DNA from: Ascidiella aspersa | Taxonomy: Eukaryota | DNA: 64,000 nucleotides | Direction: 5' to 3' | Assembly (NCBI GenBank): GCA_963924565.1 | Contig: OZ004608.1 | Coordinates: 37,820,001 to 37,884,000, forward strand | Part shown: piece after piece, positions 25,151 to 38,200 of the stretch | Position numbering within the stretch: the first letter of the stretch is position 1 | Layout: every line of letters begins with the position of its first letter | Program-made: the position numbers and the translations under genes | The notes under the pieces: model-generated | The model's database searches: none | Seen by the model: the letters and a program-made list of their open reading frames with translations, nothing else | What the model was told of the DNA's origin: nothing

Positions 25151-28100
25151 TTAATAGTCAAACGGATTAGAAAGAAGTGGAATTAGATTCCAGTAGTTTG
25201 AAAGGTCGTTACTCTCAGCAATAAACCTCCATTCCTTCTTCTCAAAGTTGTATGAATAGACTTTCACCATCTGAAGACTGCGTGAAAAGATAAAAATATT
25301 TGGTAAAGAAGATACGTCAAAATATATGAACGAACACAAGATGTCACTGCTATGCTAATACCAACAAATACTTTATCCCGGATTTTATCAGAGGCCCAAC
25401 TTATCTAAACACAACTCTAATAAACTTCCAGATATGATTAAATGTGGTGATTTTTAATTAAATATAGCGGTCGTGATCATTTATGGCAGTGGTTCTGCAA
25501 TACCAACAAGTAAATTATATGTTTTTGTGGAGTATTTTTCGACAATGGAATAATCGCTTAAATCTTGGCCTTAATGGCAAACTATATTATTAGCCTTACA
25601 ATATTCAAGTTTTGGGATAGTTGGTTGCAAATTATGTTATTATCTTGCCGTACGAATTTATTAATGGACTACCGTTCATACTCAGTTATATTTTCCAAGA
25701 GAACAGTAAGATTTCATAAAGCACTTTTTAAGGCTTACAGTGCGACAACAAACCACACGGTACGAAATAAGTACAACGGTCGAACTCCATCACCGTAGGT
25801 TCCGACCCTATAGTAAGTGAACGTTGCACAGTTTAGGAATTATTCTTTTATAAATCTGTAGTTTTATAAATTAGTATTGACCGAAGTACCAAAAGAATAG
25901 TAGACGTAAATCACTTAATAGAGAAACATGCATCACATTATTTAACTTTTCATGTTGGATTCGTTCTAAATAACCAACACAAATATCACAAAATAATCAC
26001 GTTTTTTTTTTTTTTTTTAAATCAAGTTTTTCACCTTTCATATGAAATCATAAACTCCCCATGAGCTATGCAAGCGTCACGGAATTCATCTACATCATCT
26101 TTTGCAGTGACGTCACTCGAATCACCGCTCTCTGGTTCGTACTTCTTCAAGGTCAACTTGGTGACCTCTACAAAGTAAAATAGGTTAAAAATTGCAAAAA
26201 AACAACATTTTTACCACGATACGTAAGAGGAAACAAATAGAGTTTCATTTAAATAATATTGTGATTAAAAACTTTTTGTGTTTCTGTTTGTTGCGTAGTA
26301 TGAATACTATGTTACCGGTATTTTATTAACTTATTTTGTTAAATAAGTTTTGCAAAACGAACAAATTAAATTTTCACCAAGATACGTAAGCATAAAATAG
26401 AGTTTTATTTAAATAGGATTTTGATTACAATTTTTTTGTGTTTCTGCTTGTTGCGTAATTTAAATACTATGTTACCGGTATTTTATTTACGGTTTTATGT
26501 TGTACGATATACTTTAGGAACTTAGGAAATCTAAACGAAATATAACTTAATCATAGTGATGTGTTAAACATAACGAGCTTTGTCTTCGAGAGTAATAAAT
26601 GTAGAAAACACAAACTCACCCTTACAAACCTCGTACAACTGATCCTCCATTGCCACAAGCTTTTCACAACCTTTTGGTAATTGATGCATCAATGTTGATG
26701 TTTCAGTAACAGGGTTGTACTTCTCACATGTGAGATTGCCATAATTCAGAGCGTATAACATGTCTGAAAAGAGTTGGGTATAATAAGGAAGATTTTAATA
26801 GACTCTGTTATTACAACTACTGTATATCCACAGTTAGAATAAAATGAGGTATTCGGTGCATTTCTGTTAAAATGTATTCATCCAATGTACGTTTAAGTGC
26901 AAAATAACTAATATAAAGTGAATATTATCAAGATAGAAGTAGTACGACTCCAGCACACACAAATTCGTGCAGCATACCTAATCATTTATTTCCATTTTGT
27001 CGTATTTGCAGCACGCGTCAAAATTCTGCACCGTTTAAACATGAAAATAATATTTAAAATTTTAGAGGTCTAATTCAAATTACAGTTTTTCTAACTTATA
27101 TAATGTAAACAATAAGGTTATACCGCTCCTAAAAGCTTGTTTAATAGTTATATAATTTTTTATATATCCATAGGCTAGGCGCGTGGACTCAAAACTTTAA
27201 ATCCTGCTAAATATATGTATTTTATGCAATTTTTAGGTTTTCTCCAGAATCTCATATATCTGTTCAATCGTAATTATCACCTCTTCAACTTGAAAGTTTA
27301 ACAACATTAACGCATTATATAATTTGTTGTTATTTTTGTTAAACAATAGAGCTGCTCGGTAATTGACTCACAACGTATTTGTTAAATTAATCTCGATAAT
27401 GCTCAATAAGACACGTCGCCTTTTTACGTAAAATAATTATAGGAATTTTAAAACTAATAATCCTAGGTATTTCGCGAACGCATTGCCTCGGTGAGCTTAT
27501 TTAAATTATTCTACACCTAGAAAATCAAGTTTCTTAACGTTACTTGTTTTATGACGTCATCTTTAAAAAACGAATTTTATCCCCACTTCAAACCAGCATC
27601 CTGGACCACTTTCGTTAAAAGTAGGGCGTTTATTTTTTGACTTGTCAAAAAAGTCAAAACGTTAAGTACAAATCGATTAAAAATTCACATAAATCGTTTA
27701 CAAATTAAAAAAAATATTTTTAGTCATATTTTTTAAATTGTCGTTCAGTTCAAATTAAAAAAAAGTTTTAAGTTATATTCGACGATATTTTAACTGTATT
27801 TTTTTTAGAGATATATATGATGACGTTGTGCTCGAACGTTTTTGCTTTATATAGTTATGTATCTCTGATTAGGACAAATGTTTTAAACAGTATTGTTGTC
27901 TATTTTCGCTTGTGATTTGCAATTATCCTATTTCCTATTTCGATAACTAAGTTTTTGTTAATTTTCGCAAATTATTTGTAAGTGTATTTTAACTGTTTAC
28001 GCAACATTTTCTAAAATAACCAGCGTTTGGCATTTTCGTAGTTGTTTGTCTTTGTGATATGCTAAATATAACAACTAAGCTTTTAAGAGTTCTGCATAAT

Positions 28101-31051
28101 CCCCAAAAAATATTTGATTTGTGAACCAGCAATCGTCATTGAAAGATCTTAAACATGTGGTTGACGAAGCCAAGACACTAATGCAGTACTCCAAACAACA
28201 ATAAGTTGTTTAAATCAATGTATTTTTAATAGGTTAAAATTTTTAAAAATATATATATATGTTTAGGTCAAAACTTGTCAAAATTTTAATTTTTCAGGTT
28301 AAAATTTCTGCTTTTTGAGGTCAAAAAATAATCGCCCTACCTATAAGATTTTTACTTTACATATTGACTGACCAAGTAACGACCCTAACTTGCAATAAAG
28401 TGAATGGAAGTTATAGGGATCGGGTTTACCCGGGTAAAAGTGTAGCAAGATTCTAGATTTTGCTAGGTCTCAATAAAAGTAAGTCGTCCAGTTAAGCAAG
28501 TAATAACACTTGTTATATATTACCAAGAACAAAATTTACCTTTGTAGGCGACAAGGTCAAGGCAGCCCTTTCTGCAATCTTTCATTCTTATCCATTCATT
28601 TCCCTCTTCGTCAGGTTTGAGTTTTCTTGGTGTCACCCAGGTCCTACTTTCATCGTCCACTGCATAACCACCGAACACATACAGCCCTGGATAGACTCTC
28701 GTAGGACACATAGGAAATTTACGTTCTGCAGACCGCAGGTTGCACACCCCTGATTTAACATATAGACAGTGTCCATTCTCTTATATATCTACTTTGCATG
28801 TTTCGAAGTAAATAGCCTGCTCTATTTTTATCAATATATTGAGTCATTGATTTTACTTTAGTTATTTGTTTTAATCTGAGAAGTTTAAAAGCGATGATCA
28901 TTGTTACCATTAAGAACAGCAACTCCAGCATTTCGTCGATTTGCGGTAGTGGAAGGTTGTTTCTCCCAAACCTTATTTGGTGATCTTACATCCAGTCTGA
29001 ACACTGTGTCAGTTCTGTTTTCCTCATCGCTAGAACCACCGATCATATATAAGTAGTTCTTGTACATTGCAAGGCCGGCTTGTCGTCGTGGCTCGTTTAG
29101 TATCTACAAAACAATAACACATAGACAGGAAAAGTCAAATAAAACTGCAAAAATTAACTTACCGCCATTTCTTTTTCAACTTTTGCATTTACGTCCAACA
29201 TTTTTAGGATGGTTGAATTTTCGTTCATGATCAAAATGCTCCATTCTGGACCTGTTTGAAAAGTATCATTTGTCAGACATTATTAACATCTGTATTTTTA
29301 ATTCATTTGAATAATAATGCTTTATAATGTCAAAAAAGTCATTAACTGATAATAATCAACAAAATAATTCAGCCGCAAGCTATGAGGGATATTAAAGTAA
29401 TCTAAGCTACTTACGAGGTCCATGTAAATGCTTCATGTGCTTTGCTATTCGCAGTAGACATTCCTGAAACGACTGAACCAGACTCTTTAAATGTTAAAGG
29501 TAAATTAATTAAAGCGATTTTGAAATATTAAAGTGTTTAATGATTTATTGGCATAAACTTGTATTTAAGTTACCTCGCCAGCCAAGTCAAAGCAAAAAAA
29601 CGAAAGGCTTAGTATGTTAAAATCAATCATCTCAAAAAGTTCTGGAAATGAATGTTTTCTTTCTTCCAAATCGTGTTTCACCCAAGCCACTGTGAATTGA
29701 AAAGCTCTCTCTTCACTCTTTACCTACAAATTGAGAATGTAAGTCCCATTTAGTGTCATTTAAACAAATATAGAAATCAATTAATACAAAATGTTTACAT
29801 CCTTTGATCTGGCTCGTAGAAATTCCCCAAATGTTGTTCTATCCATTGTATTAATAGCCTCAACATCAGTCAAAATTGTAAAGTTATTGGTGATAAATTG
29901 TTTAGCTGGTTTTTCCAATGAATCTATCAGCAAATTTTTTCCACTTTTCCAACAATGTACGGCGTTGTTGTAATCCAATGTTTCCAGAAGAAATGTGCAA
30001 CAAAAATCGAGTAAAACTTTAAAGGAAACAAACAATATGAGTAAGTTATATCAGTGTTTCTTAATCCGGTGAATGGTTCACTCCAGGCTGAATAAAATTT
30101 TTCCAGGGGTGAACCAACCAAAAGGGGTAAATAAGGGTGAACAGTCAGAAATGGATGATAGTCCATTGTTTTTCTAAACTTTGTGACTTTGTTTTACGCT
30201 TTTGTAGCCTTGTATCTGGAGTGCAATTGTATATTTGCAATGGTAAAACTTAGGTGTTATATGTAGAAACAACTTAAGTCATTTTGTGCTGATATATATA
30301 GACGAGATAGTTTTATCATATCAGACAAGGGTGAATGAAATCTGAAGATAGATGCTAGGGGTGAACAAAACTAAAAAAGTTTAAGAAGCACTGAGTTATA
30401 TCATAATGCAAACCTAAGCTTTGTAAACAACCTGACCAGTTGATACGGAAAAAATTTAACCTATATTAAATTACAGCCATTGCTCGTTTAACGCGTTCGC
30501 AAAATGAAGCCTAATGTGGAACTTTTAGGATTTTAAATGGAAATATTAACCACGATTTTATTGACTTACCTTTAGCCAAAAAATAGTTTGCTGCATTCAG
30601 TAAATCGTCCACGTTTTCACGATTTATTGTGATTATTCCAGTTTAGGCAAAATTCAATATTAGCTCAAATGTAGCGGAGTTTACCGCAGAAATTTCAATC
30701 ACATCTTGGAACTTTTCTTGCATCTAAACTTTGAAAATATTTAAAGTTATGAATACTTCCCAGAAAAATATATTTAGGAATTCACCTCATAGAATAAAAG
30801 CCTGTTGAAGTATTCTGACAAATTTGCGAGAATACTTTTGTGCGCGTAAAAATCCATTTCATCACATTTCAATCGAATGTCACAAGTTTCGTCGCCATTT
30901 TGCCTTTGTCTGAAGAAAGATCAAAACTTGCAAGAGACAGCAGAAAACCATATTTCTAAAGATTTTTGTGACGTACTAGTTGCAAAGTTACTTACATGTT
31001 GAGATTTTTCATTAGGTCACTAGCATGACCAGAATCAAAGTCCCTTTCCAT
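25151..31051 (-). pseudogene. Kelch-like copy E, near-identical to B but with a nonsense codon in BTB exon 3
   Basis: Exons 1-9 lie at B coordinates +21700; exons 10-12 at 26763-26620, 26167-26035, 25277-25151. The TAC (Tyr of AYTG) is TAA at 30645-30643, which explains why the ORF track has no counterpart of 8811..9023. Confidence 0.85.
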
Positions 31052-32311
31052 TTTTATTGTTTCGTTCGCAAAGTGTTTCAATAATATAATCTGCAGATTA
31101 TCTACTTTCTACTTTTGGTCCAACTGTTTTTCATCGCGGGCCAAAACCAATTTTTTTTTATCTTGCGGGCCAATGTTTTTGAATAGCGATTTTAGGCTTA
31201 TTGTTGGCAAATTATACATAGACCATGGCAGTGGTTCTTGGCCCTTTTTTCAGCAGCGCCCCACTTTGGTAATTTTTCTTTCGCAACCCCTACGAAAAGC
31301 AATTCGGCATTTTTTATTAAATGTCAGTAAGACAACTCGAAAATAGGGAAGGTTGTTGTCGGTCGCGCGAAGCGCGAAAAAAAATGAGTTTAATTATTTG
31401 AAGTGGCGCTAAACTATAAATTTAGGACGCTTTTCGCATTGGGCACACAACAAAGTGCTCGTGCTCGACACATTGATTTAAACAGTACGTTATCTTGTTT
31501 CAAAAGATGTGACAACACACAATACAACGGCCATATTGCAAAAACATTATAGAATCGCGCAAAAAAGTTTGAGTTCTCCTGTTGCTAGTCTGTTATCATA
31601 TATAAAATATGGATAAAAAATAGTTTGAACGGGGGATGACTTTTATCATTTATCTATAAGTTAGAAAAATTTTAATTAAACAGGGCCGTTATACATTCGA
31701 TGATATGAAAACATGCAATGGCACTCAAAGAGACTTTGGACTAAAACATAGTCAAGAAAAGAAGGAAATGTTTTGCAGTTTTAATGTTAAACATGGCAAA
31801 AACAGAGTTTGTATCCTACAGCGCTGTAGGAGTGGTGTACAACCCAAACGAAAGCATTAAAATCATTGCAAAAAGTTAAATATTGACTTGGAGCTCGCGC
31901 CCCCCCCCCCCCCCCCCCTAAGAATTGCTTGGCGACCCCTAGGGAGGTGCGCCTACCAGGTTAAGAACCGCTGGCCTATGGCATATATACTAACTTTGAA
32001 ATCTACATCCTTGTTCAGCCACGGTAGTTATGAAATCACAACGGATCATTTACGAAGTTTTTTTGTCCATTACAATAAAAAGAAATCAAAATTGAAGTGA
32101 TATTGCTAGATTGCAGCAAAGCTGACTCTCAGTTCGCGGGCCAAAAAAGTGTAACTCGCGGGCCAACTTTGGCCCGAGGGCCTGCAGTTGGACCACACTG
32201 ATCTAGATCTAGCAAAAACTCGGCTACCGAATTACAAAAACTCGGCTACCGAATCTATGACAAAACGTTTGCGACCACGGGTTTACAGTGTAGTAGTTTA
32301 AAGCTAATTAC

Positions 32312-32367
32312 TTCTTGAGCTTTGTCATAACGTCACTGACATGACCAGAATCAAGTTTTCTTGACGT
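32312..32367 (-). other. Duplicate exon-1-like segment upstream of copy E
   Basis: Identical to 10600-10655. Confidence 0.75.
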
Positions 32368-33360
32368 TACAAGCGTTTTGAACTACATTTCAAACAATAA
32401 ATAGCTTCCTTCAGGCTCCCGCTGCTAAACGGCCTTATAAAGCTGCTCTACCAAGTCCAACTGGCAGGTACTTTAGTTCCTTTTTGGAAAACGCTTTTCC
32501 ATTGTCCCGCACAATAACAGCCGATCGTTGTCCGTAGGGTGAGGCTCCTTCTCGCAATATCAAATATCCACTCATACTACAACATTTCGTCTGAATTTTG
32601 TTTTGCCATAACAGCATTCCCTCAAACCGTCTCACTGGCATCGTGTTACATAGCGCATTTTTTGTTTGTGTATTTTATGTGTTAAATGCTATCCTAGATC
32701 AGGTTGTCGGCAATCTTTTATATAAAGGGCTGGATAACATTATGAATTGGTAATTTCGGGCAAAATATACATATAGTTTCAAACTTTATTAACTGAGTTA
32801 TCTTTAAGTTACAAAACTGTTTCTATGCAACAAAAAGTGTGAGCTGCAAAGTAAATTGTCGTTTATTATCAAACTTCAAATTTTGGTTTTGAATTGCATC
32901 GGACAACATTCCAACTGTCGTGGCATTGGCGGGATGGTAAAATTAACTCTGTGGCCTGGATTCGGCTAGCTTGAAATTCGAGCCTAAAAAACAAAATTGG
33001 TCAATTGTTTATTCTTTAGGAAACAAAAATCCTGAAAAAACTTTTTTAATGTAAAACCTAGTTGTTTTTAAATGCACAAAAGCTAAAATGTAGCGTGAAT
33101 AATATCAAAACGCTTTTTGTAATCATGTCATACAACTACAAGCTTTGGTTTTAAACAAACACAGAAAAACTAAAACACCAAGTTTAGCGAAAATATGCAT
33201 TAATTTGCAGGCTAGTGTTATATTCCCAATTTGCCGGCTAGTGTTATTAAGCGAGCCGTACATGAAAGTAATCGAAAAATAACTTATCTGAAATTATCGT
33301 TTACGTTCGTAAGCTGTATTCCACCCTTTTTAGTAATTAATGCATTCGCATTATATAGTT

Positions 33361-33920
33361 CAGGGTGGTCCAAGGTTTACAGCATCGCGGGCCACAATAT
33401 TTCTTTGATATACTTGGCGGGCCACATAAAGTAGGCTATATATGCGGCATGCGTGCTAGGAGCGATCAACGAAGCGCTATATATGTCATCGTTCATTTAC
33501 CTTGAAGTGGCAAAAATAGTACGTAATTTATATAGGCCTAGAGTCGTACATTTTATGTTATATTTACTGGTCCATTAAAAACACGTAAAACAAAAGGCAA
33601 ATGTGACCTACAAGTTCACAATACAGCCATTTTGGAAAGTTCCATGCAGGACATACTGCTACTTTCAAATCGGTCTAACAGATAAAAAATTAGACTTTCT
33701 TGCAACCCCTGAATTAAAACACGGGTTCATTTATTTAATAATGTAACTAGGCCTATAATCAAACAATTGCAATATGCTTGCCGATGATCGTTGGTCAGTT
33801 ATATTTCTTTGATTAAACCCTCAAGTTTACGTATTACAGTAATTCAACAGTGCTTCACGGGCCACAAAAAATGATGTCGCGGCCACATGTGGCCCGCGGG
33901 CTTGGGTTTGGACCACCCTG
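33361..33920. mobile_element. hAT-like MITE present in only one duplication unit
   Basis: TIR CAGGGTGGTCCAA / TTGGACCACCCTG; imperfect TSD ATATAGTT/GTGTAGTT; absent at the paralogous site ~11890. Confidence 0.8.
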
Positions 33921-35272
33921 GTGTAGTTTATAGTGTTTTAATGACTTAAATGACTTGAACTTAAGTCACTGTTTTCAAATGACTTGACTTGACTTAAGTA
34001 GCTTGACCAAAATGACTTGACTTACCTCTTGGAATAAGTTAATGTGTCAAATAACTCAGGTTAAAATTAAGTGATTTCATTAAATATTTATTGATAAAAT
34101 TGGAATATTAACCTGAAATTTTGCATATAAAATAAGGGGAGTTGGCTGTAAGATCTAATTAAGACTTGGACTTGGACTTGTTATTTTCTGCAAAAGGCTT
34201 GACTTGGACTTAGGTTATTTTCAAAATGACTTGTTTTTAAATTGCCTTTAAAAAGCTATTCTCCCGCCTATCGCTTTTGAGGAATATAATAGGCGTGACT
34301 ATTTTTTTAAACTAATAGGGAAACAAACTGTTGCAAAGGTTGAATAGCACATTAAACTTTTCCATTCTTATATTTAGGGTGGATTATAGGTATTTAGGGT
34401 GGATTATAGTCACGCTTTTTAGGCTTTACTGAAATCACTCTTAAACTAAATGCTTCTATTGTATTTCTTCTCACAACCTATAACCTGGAAACCCACTCGG
34501 TTCTCCGTTAATCATATACTCACGGTTAGTTTTCGACCCAATCTTTTAATTGAGGGAAGAGCAACTATTAGACTGAAGGTATGTGTATGAGCATTAGATA
34601 ATTTTTAACCAAACAGAGTTACCTTAACTGAAGTTTAACTTTAAGTGGTTACCCCAGGTGTTTAGCGTCAATACTGATCAATGAGGTGGTTCAAATTACC
34701 TGTGGTTTTAGGCCTACCTATAAAAATTTGACAAACTTAATGCGTTTTATTTAATTAGAGCAACGAAACTACTTGTCAGAGTATTCGTGTTGAATAACTT
34801 GAAGTGAAGATCTGCAGATTAAATTTGACCGGCGGGTCGCATTTTTTACATCCTGCTTTAAATCAACAAACAATATTAATAAAGAGGTTTTTTATAGTGG
34901 TTTCCTGTTTTCAAACGGCTCGGCTATTGTTTAAAGAAGGACCAAAAAGTTATTTGTGGTTAACACATTAGTTTGAGTAAAATGCAAATTGTAAATTATA
35001 AAGGTGGAATGGCATATTGTGAGATAGGTGACACCCTTACGAGTGGATTGCTGAATATCCACCTTATTTTGGTTTCGTAAAGTAGCGAAATAAAGGAAAC
35101 AGTCGGAGGCAGACTCGGGTTAATTTTGAACCGACTCCTCAGCCGCACGCTTACAACAAAATACAATGACGCTATAAATATTATAAAAAACACAAAATAC
35201 AAAATAAAAACATATTTAAGTGATTTATACATACAAATGGTTTATAGATCCAAGCTGTTCTTTGTAAATCAC

Positions 35273-38200
35273 TTAATAGTCAAACGGATTAGAGTGAAGC
35301 GGAATTAGATTCCAGTAGTTTGAAAGGTCGTTACTCTCAGCAATAAACCTCCATTCCTTCTTCTCAAAGTTGTATGAATACACTTTCACCATCTGACGAC
35401 TGCGCGAAAAGATAAAAATGTTGATAAAAAGGAAAAGAAGAAGAAACGTCAAAAAATATGAACGAACACAAGATGTCACTGTCGCGCTAATAATAACAAT
35501 CAATCTATCCCTGATTTCTTCTGAGGCCCAACCTGTCTATACACAACTTCAATAAACTTCCGAGTTATGACTAAAGGTAGTGATGTTTAATTACATGCAG
35601 CGGTTGTGATTATCTATTGCAGTGATAATTACAGCTAGTAAGTTACCTGTTTTTGTGGAGTTTTTTGACAATAAAATGAGAGGTATATTTTCGGGATTAA
35701 TGGTCAACGAAATTAATAGCCTTACTTTATTTAATTTTTTTGACATTTTGTGCCAATTATTATATCATCTTGGTGTTACGAATTTATTTATTGACTGCAG
35801 TTAATATTCAGTTATATTTTCAAAACGAGTATGACTCCATAAAGTTCTTTTCGAGGATAAACAATACTAATGAGTTTTGAGCCTTTGATATAATTATGTT
35901 ACTCAGGGTTCGAGATCCGTTTTAAGTTTTTCCAAATATAAAAGTTCAATGTTTATGAACAAACCTTGAGTTGACATTAATAGCGATTTATATGAAACAT
36001 TTTACGTTTTACATTATATTCACATTAACTTCCCTGAAAACATGTGAACATACAAAACTTGCCATATTTGTAACACGCGGCAAATGTATGCGGCCCTTAG
36101 TACTAAACATGTGTTGTAGTGTTTTTATTGTTATTTGGCAAATTGCTAAACCCCTCATTTTTTACTATAGTAAGTAAACGCTGCACAATTTAGAAATTGC
36201 TTATGATAAACCTGAAGTTTTATCTATTACTATTGACCGAAGTAGCAAAAATACAGTAGAGTAAATCACTTAACATAACAACATCCATCACATTGTTTAA
36301 CTTTTTAGGTTGAATCCGTACAAATTAACCAACACGAATATCACAAATAGTCACGAAGTTTCTCACCTTCCATATGATACCACAAACTCCCCATGAGCTA
36401 TGCAAGCATCACGAAATTCATCTAAGTCATCTATTTCAGTGACGTCACTCGAATCACCGATCTGTGGTTCGTACTTCTTCAAGGTCAACTTGGTGACCTC
36501 TACAAAGTTAAATAAGTTTTGCAAAACGAACAACTTAAATTTTCACCAAGATACGTAAGCATAAAATAGAGTTTTATTTAAATAGGATTTTGTTTACAAT
36601 TTTTTTGTGTTTCTGCTTGTTGCGTAGTATGAATACTGTAAACATTTATTTACGTTTTAATATTGTACGACTTATTTTAGGAACTTAGGAAATCTAAACG
36701 GGGTATGACTTAATAGTAGTGATGTATTAAACATACCGAGCCTTATCTTCGAGGGTAATAAATGTAGAAAAAATTAACTTACCCTTACAAACGACGTACA
36801 ACTGATCCTCCATTTCTACCAACTTGACACAACCCTTTGGTAGTTTGTGCATCAATGTTGATGTTTTAGTAACAGGGTCGTATTTCTCACATGTTAGGCT
36901 GCCATAACGCAGAGCATATAACATGTCTGAAAAGAGTTGGATGTAATAAGAAAAGAGTTTAAAAGACTCTGTTATTGTCGCCAATATTCCCATAGTTAGA
37001 ACAATATCAGGTAATTCGCGAATCTTTGTTACAATTTACGCAGCAGAAAATTGAAACAAATGTTGAGGTACATTCAAGTGCAAATTACCTCATATGAAGT
37101 GGATGTTACCAAAACGTAAAGGTCTATTCAAATCACAATTTGGCTAAATTAAACCATATAAACGAAAAAGTTATCGCGTTCGTAAAAGTTTGTTTATTAC
37201 TCATTCTATGTATATGATCATAGGCTAGGCTCGTGGATTCAAAACTGTGTTCTGCCAAATCTATATATTGTAATTTTTAGCTTTTCATAGAATCTAATAT
37301 GACTGTTCAATCGTAATTATCAACTGTCAAACTGGAAGTTTAACAAGATAAACGCATTGTCTAACTTTTGCGTTTTTTGGAACAATTGAGCTGCTGTTAA
37401 ATGACTCAAAACTTATTTGTTAATTTAATCTCGATAATGCCAAATACGGCACGTCGCCTCTGTAAGTAAAAAATGACATTTAATAATCGTAATTTCATCG
37501 CTAACGCTTAAAAATCAAGTTTCTGAAAGTTACTTGTTTAATGAAATCAAGTTTCTGAAAGTTACTTGTTTAATGACGTAAACTTATGACGTCATCTCTA
37601 ACAAAATGAATTTTATCCTCTCCCCAAAATCAAAATCCCCCGTCCATTTCCTTATTTGAGTTTGCACCAAAGCCCCACTAAAGAAGTTGCGACCAAGTTA
37701 GTGGAATTGGGTTTAACCAGGTAAAAGTGTTGGCAGAATTCTACATTTTTTTAGTTCTCAGTAAAAGTAAGTGAACCAGAAAAGCAAATAATAACACGTT
37801 TTCGATAAATTACAAATAATTTACCTTTGCAGGCGACAAGGTCAAGGGGGCCCTTTATACAAGTTTTCATTTTTATCCATTTACTTCCCTCTTCGTCAGG
37901 TTTAAGTTTTCTTGCTGTCAACCAGATTTTACTTTTATCATCCTCTGCATAACCACCGAAGACAAACAACTCCCCTGCAGAGAAACGTTTGTACATTTAT
38001 TTATTGTCAAATGCTTCTTTATGTAAATCAATGAAAGCCTCCTTCAATATTTTACAAATTATGTTTGCACAGATAATTCTGTGCTAAGCTTCTGGTTGTA
38101 TTATAAAACTTATTATACTTTACACAGAGTTCGATTTTTTTGTGCTGTACGTTTTTTGTGTATTGCTCCCGTTAAAGAAATAATTGGTTTCGTACCGGAA

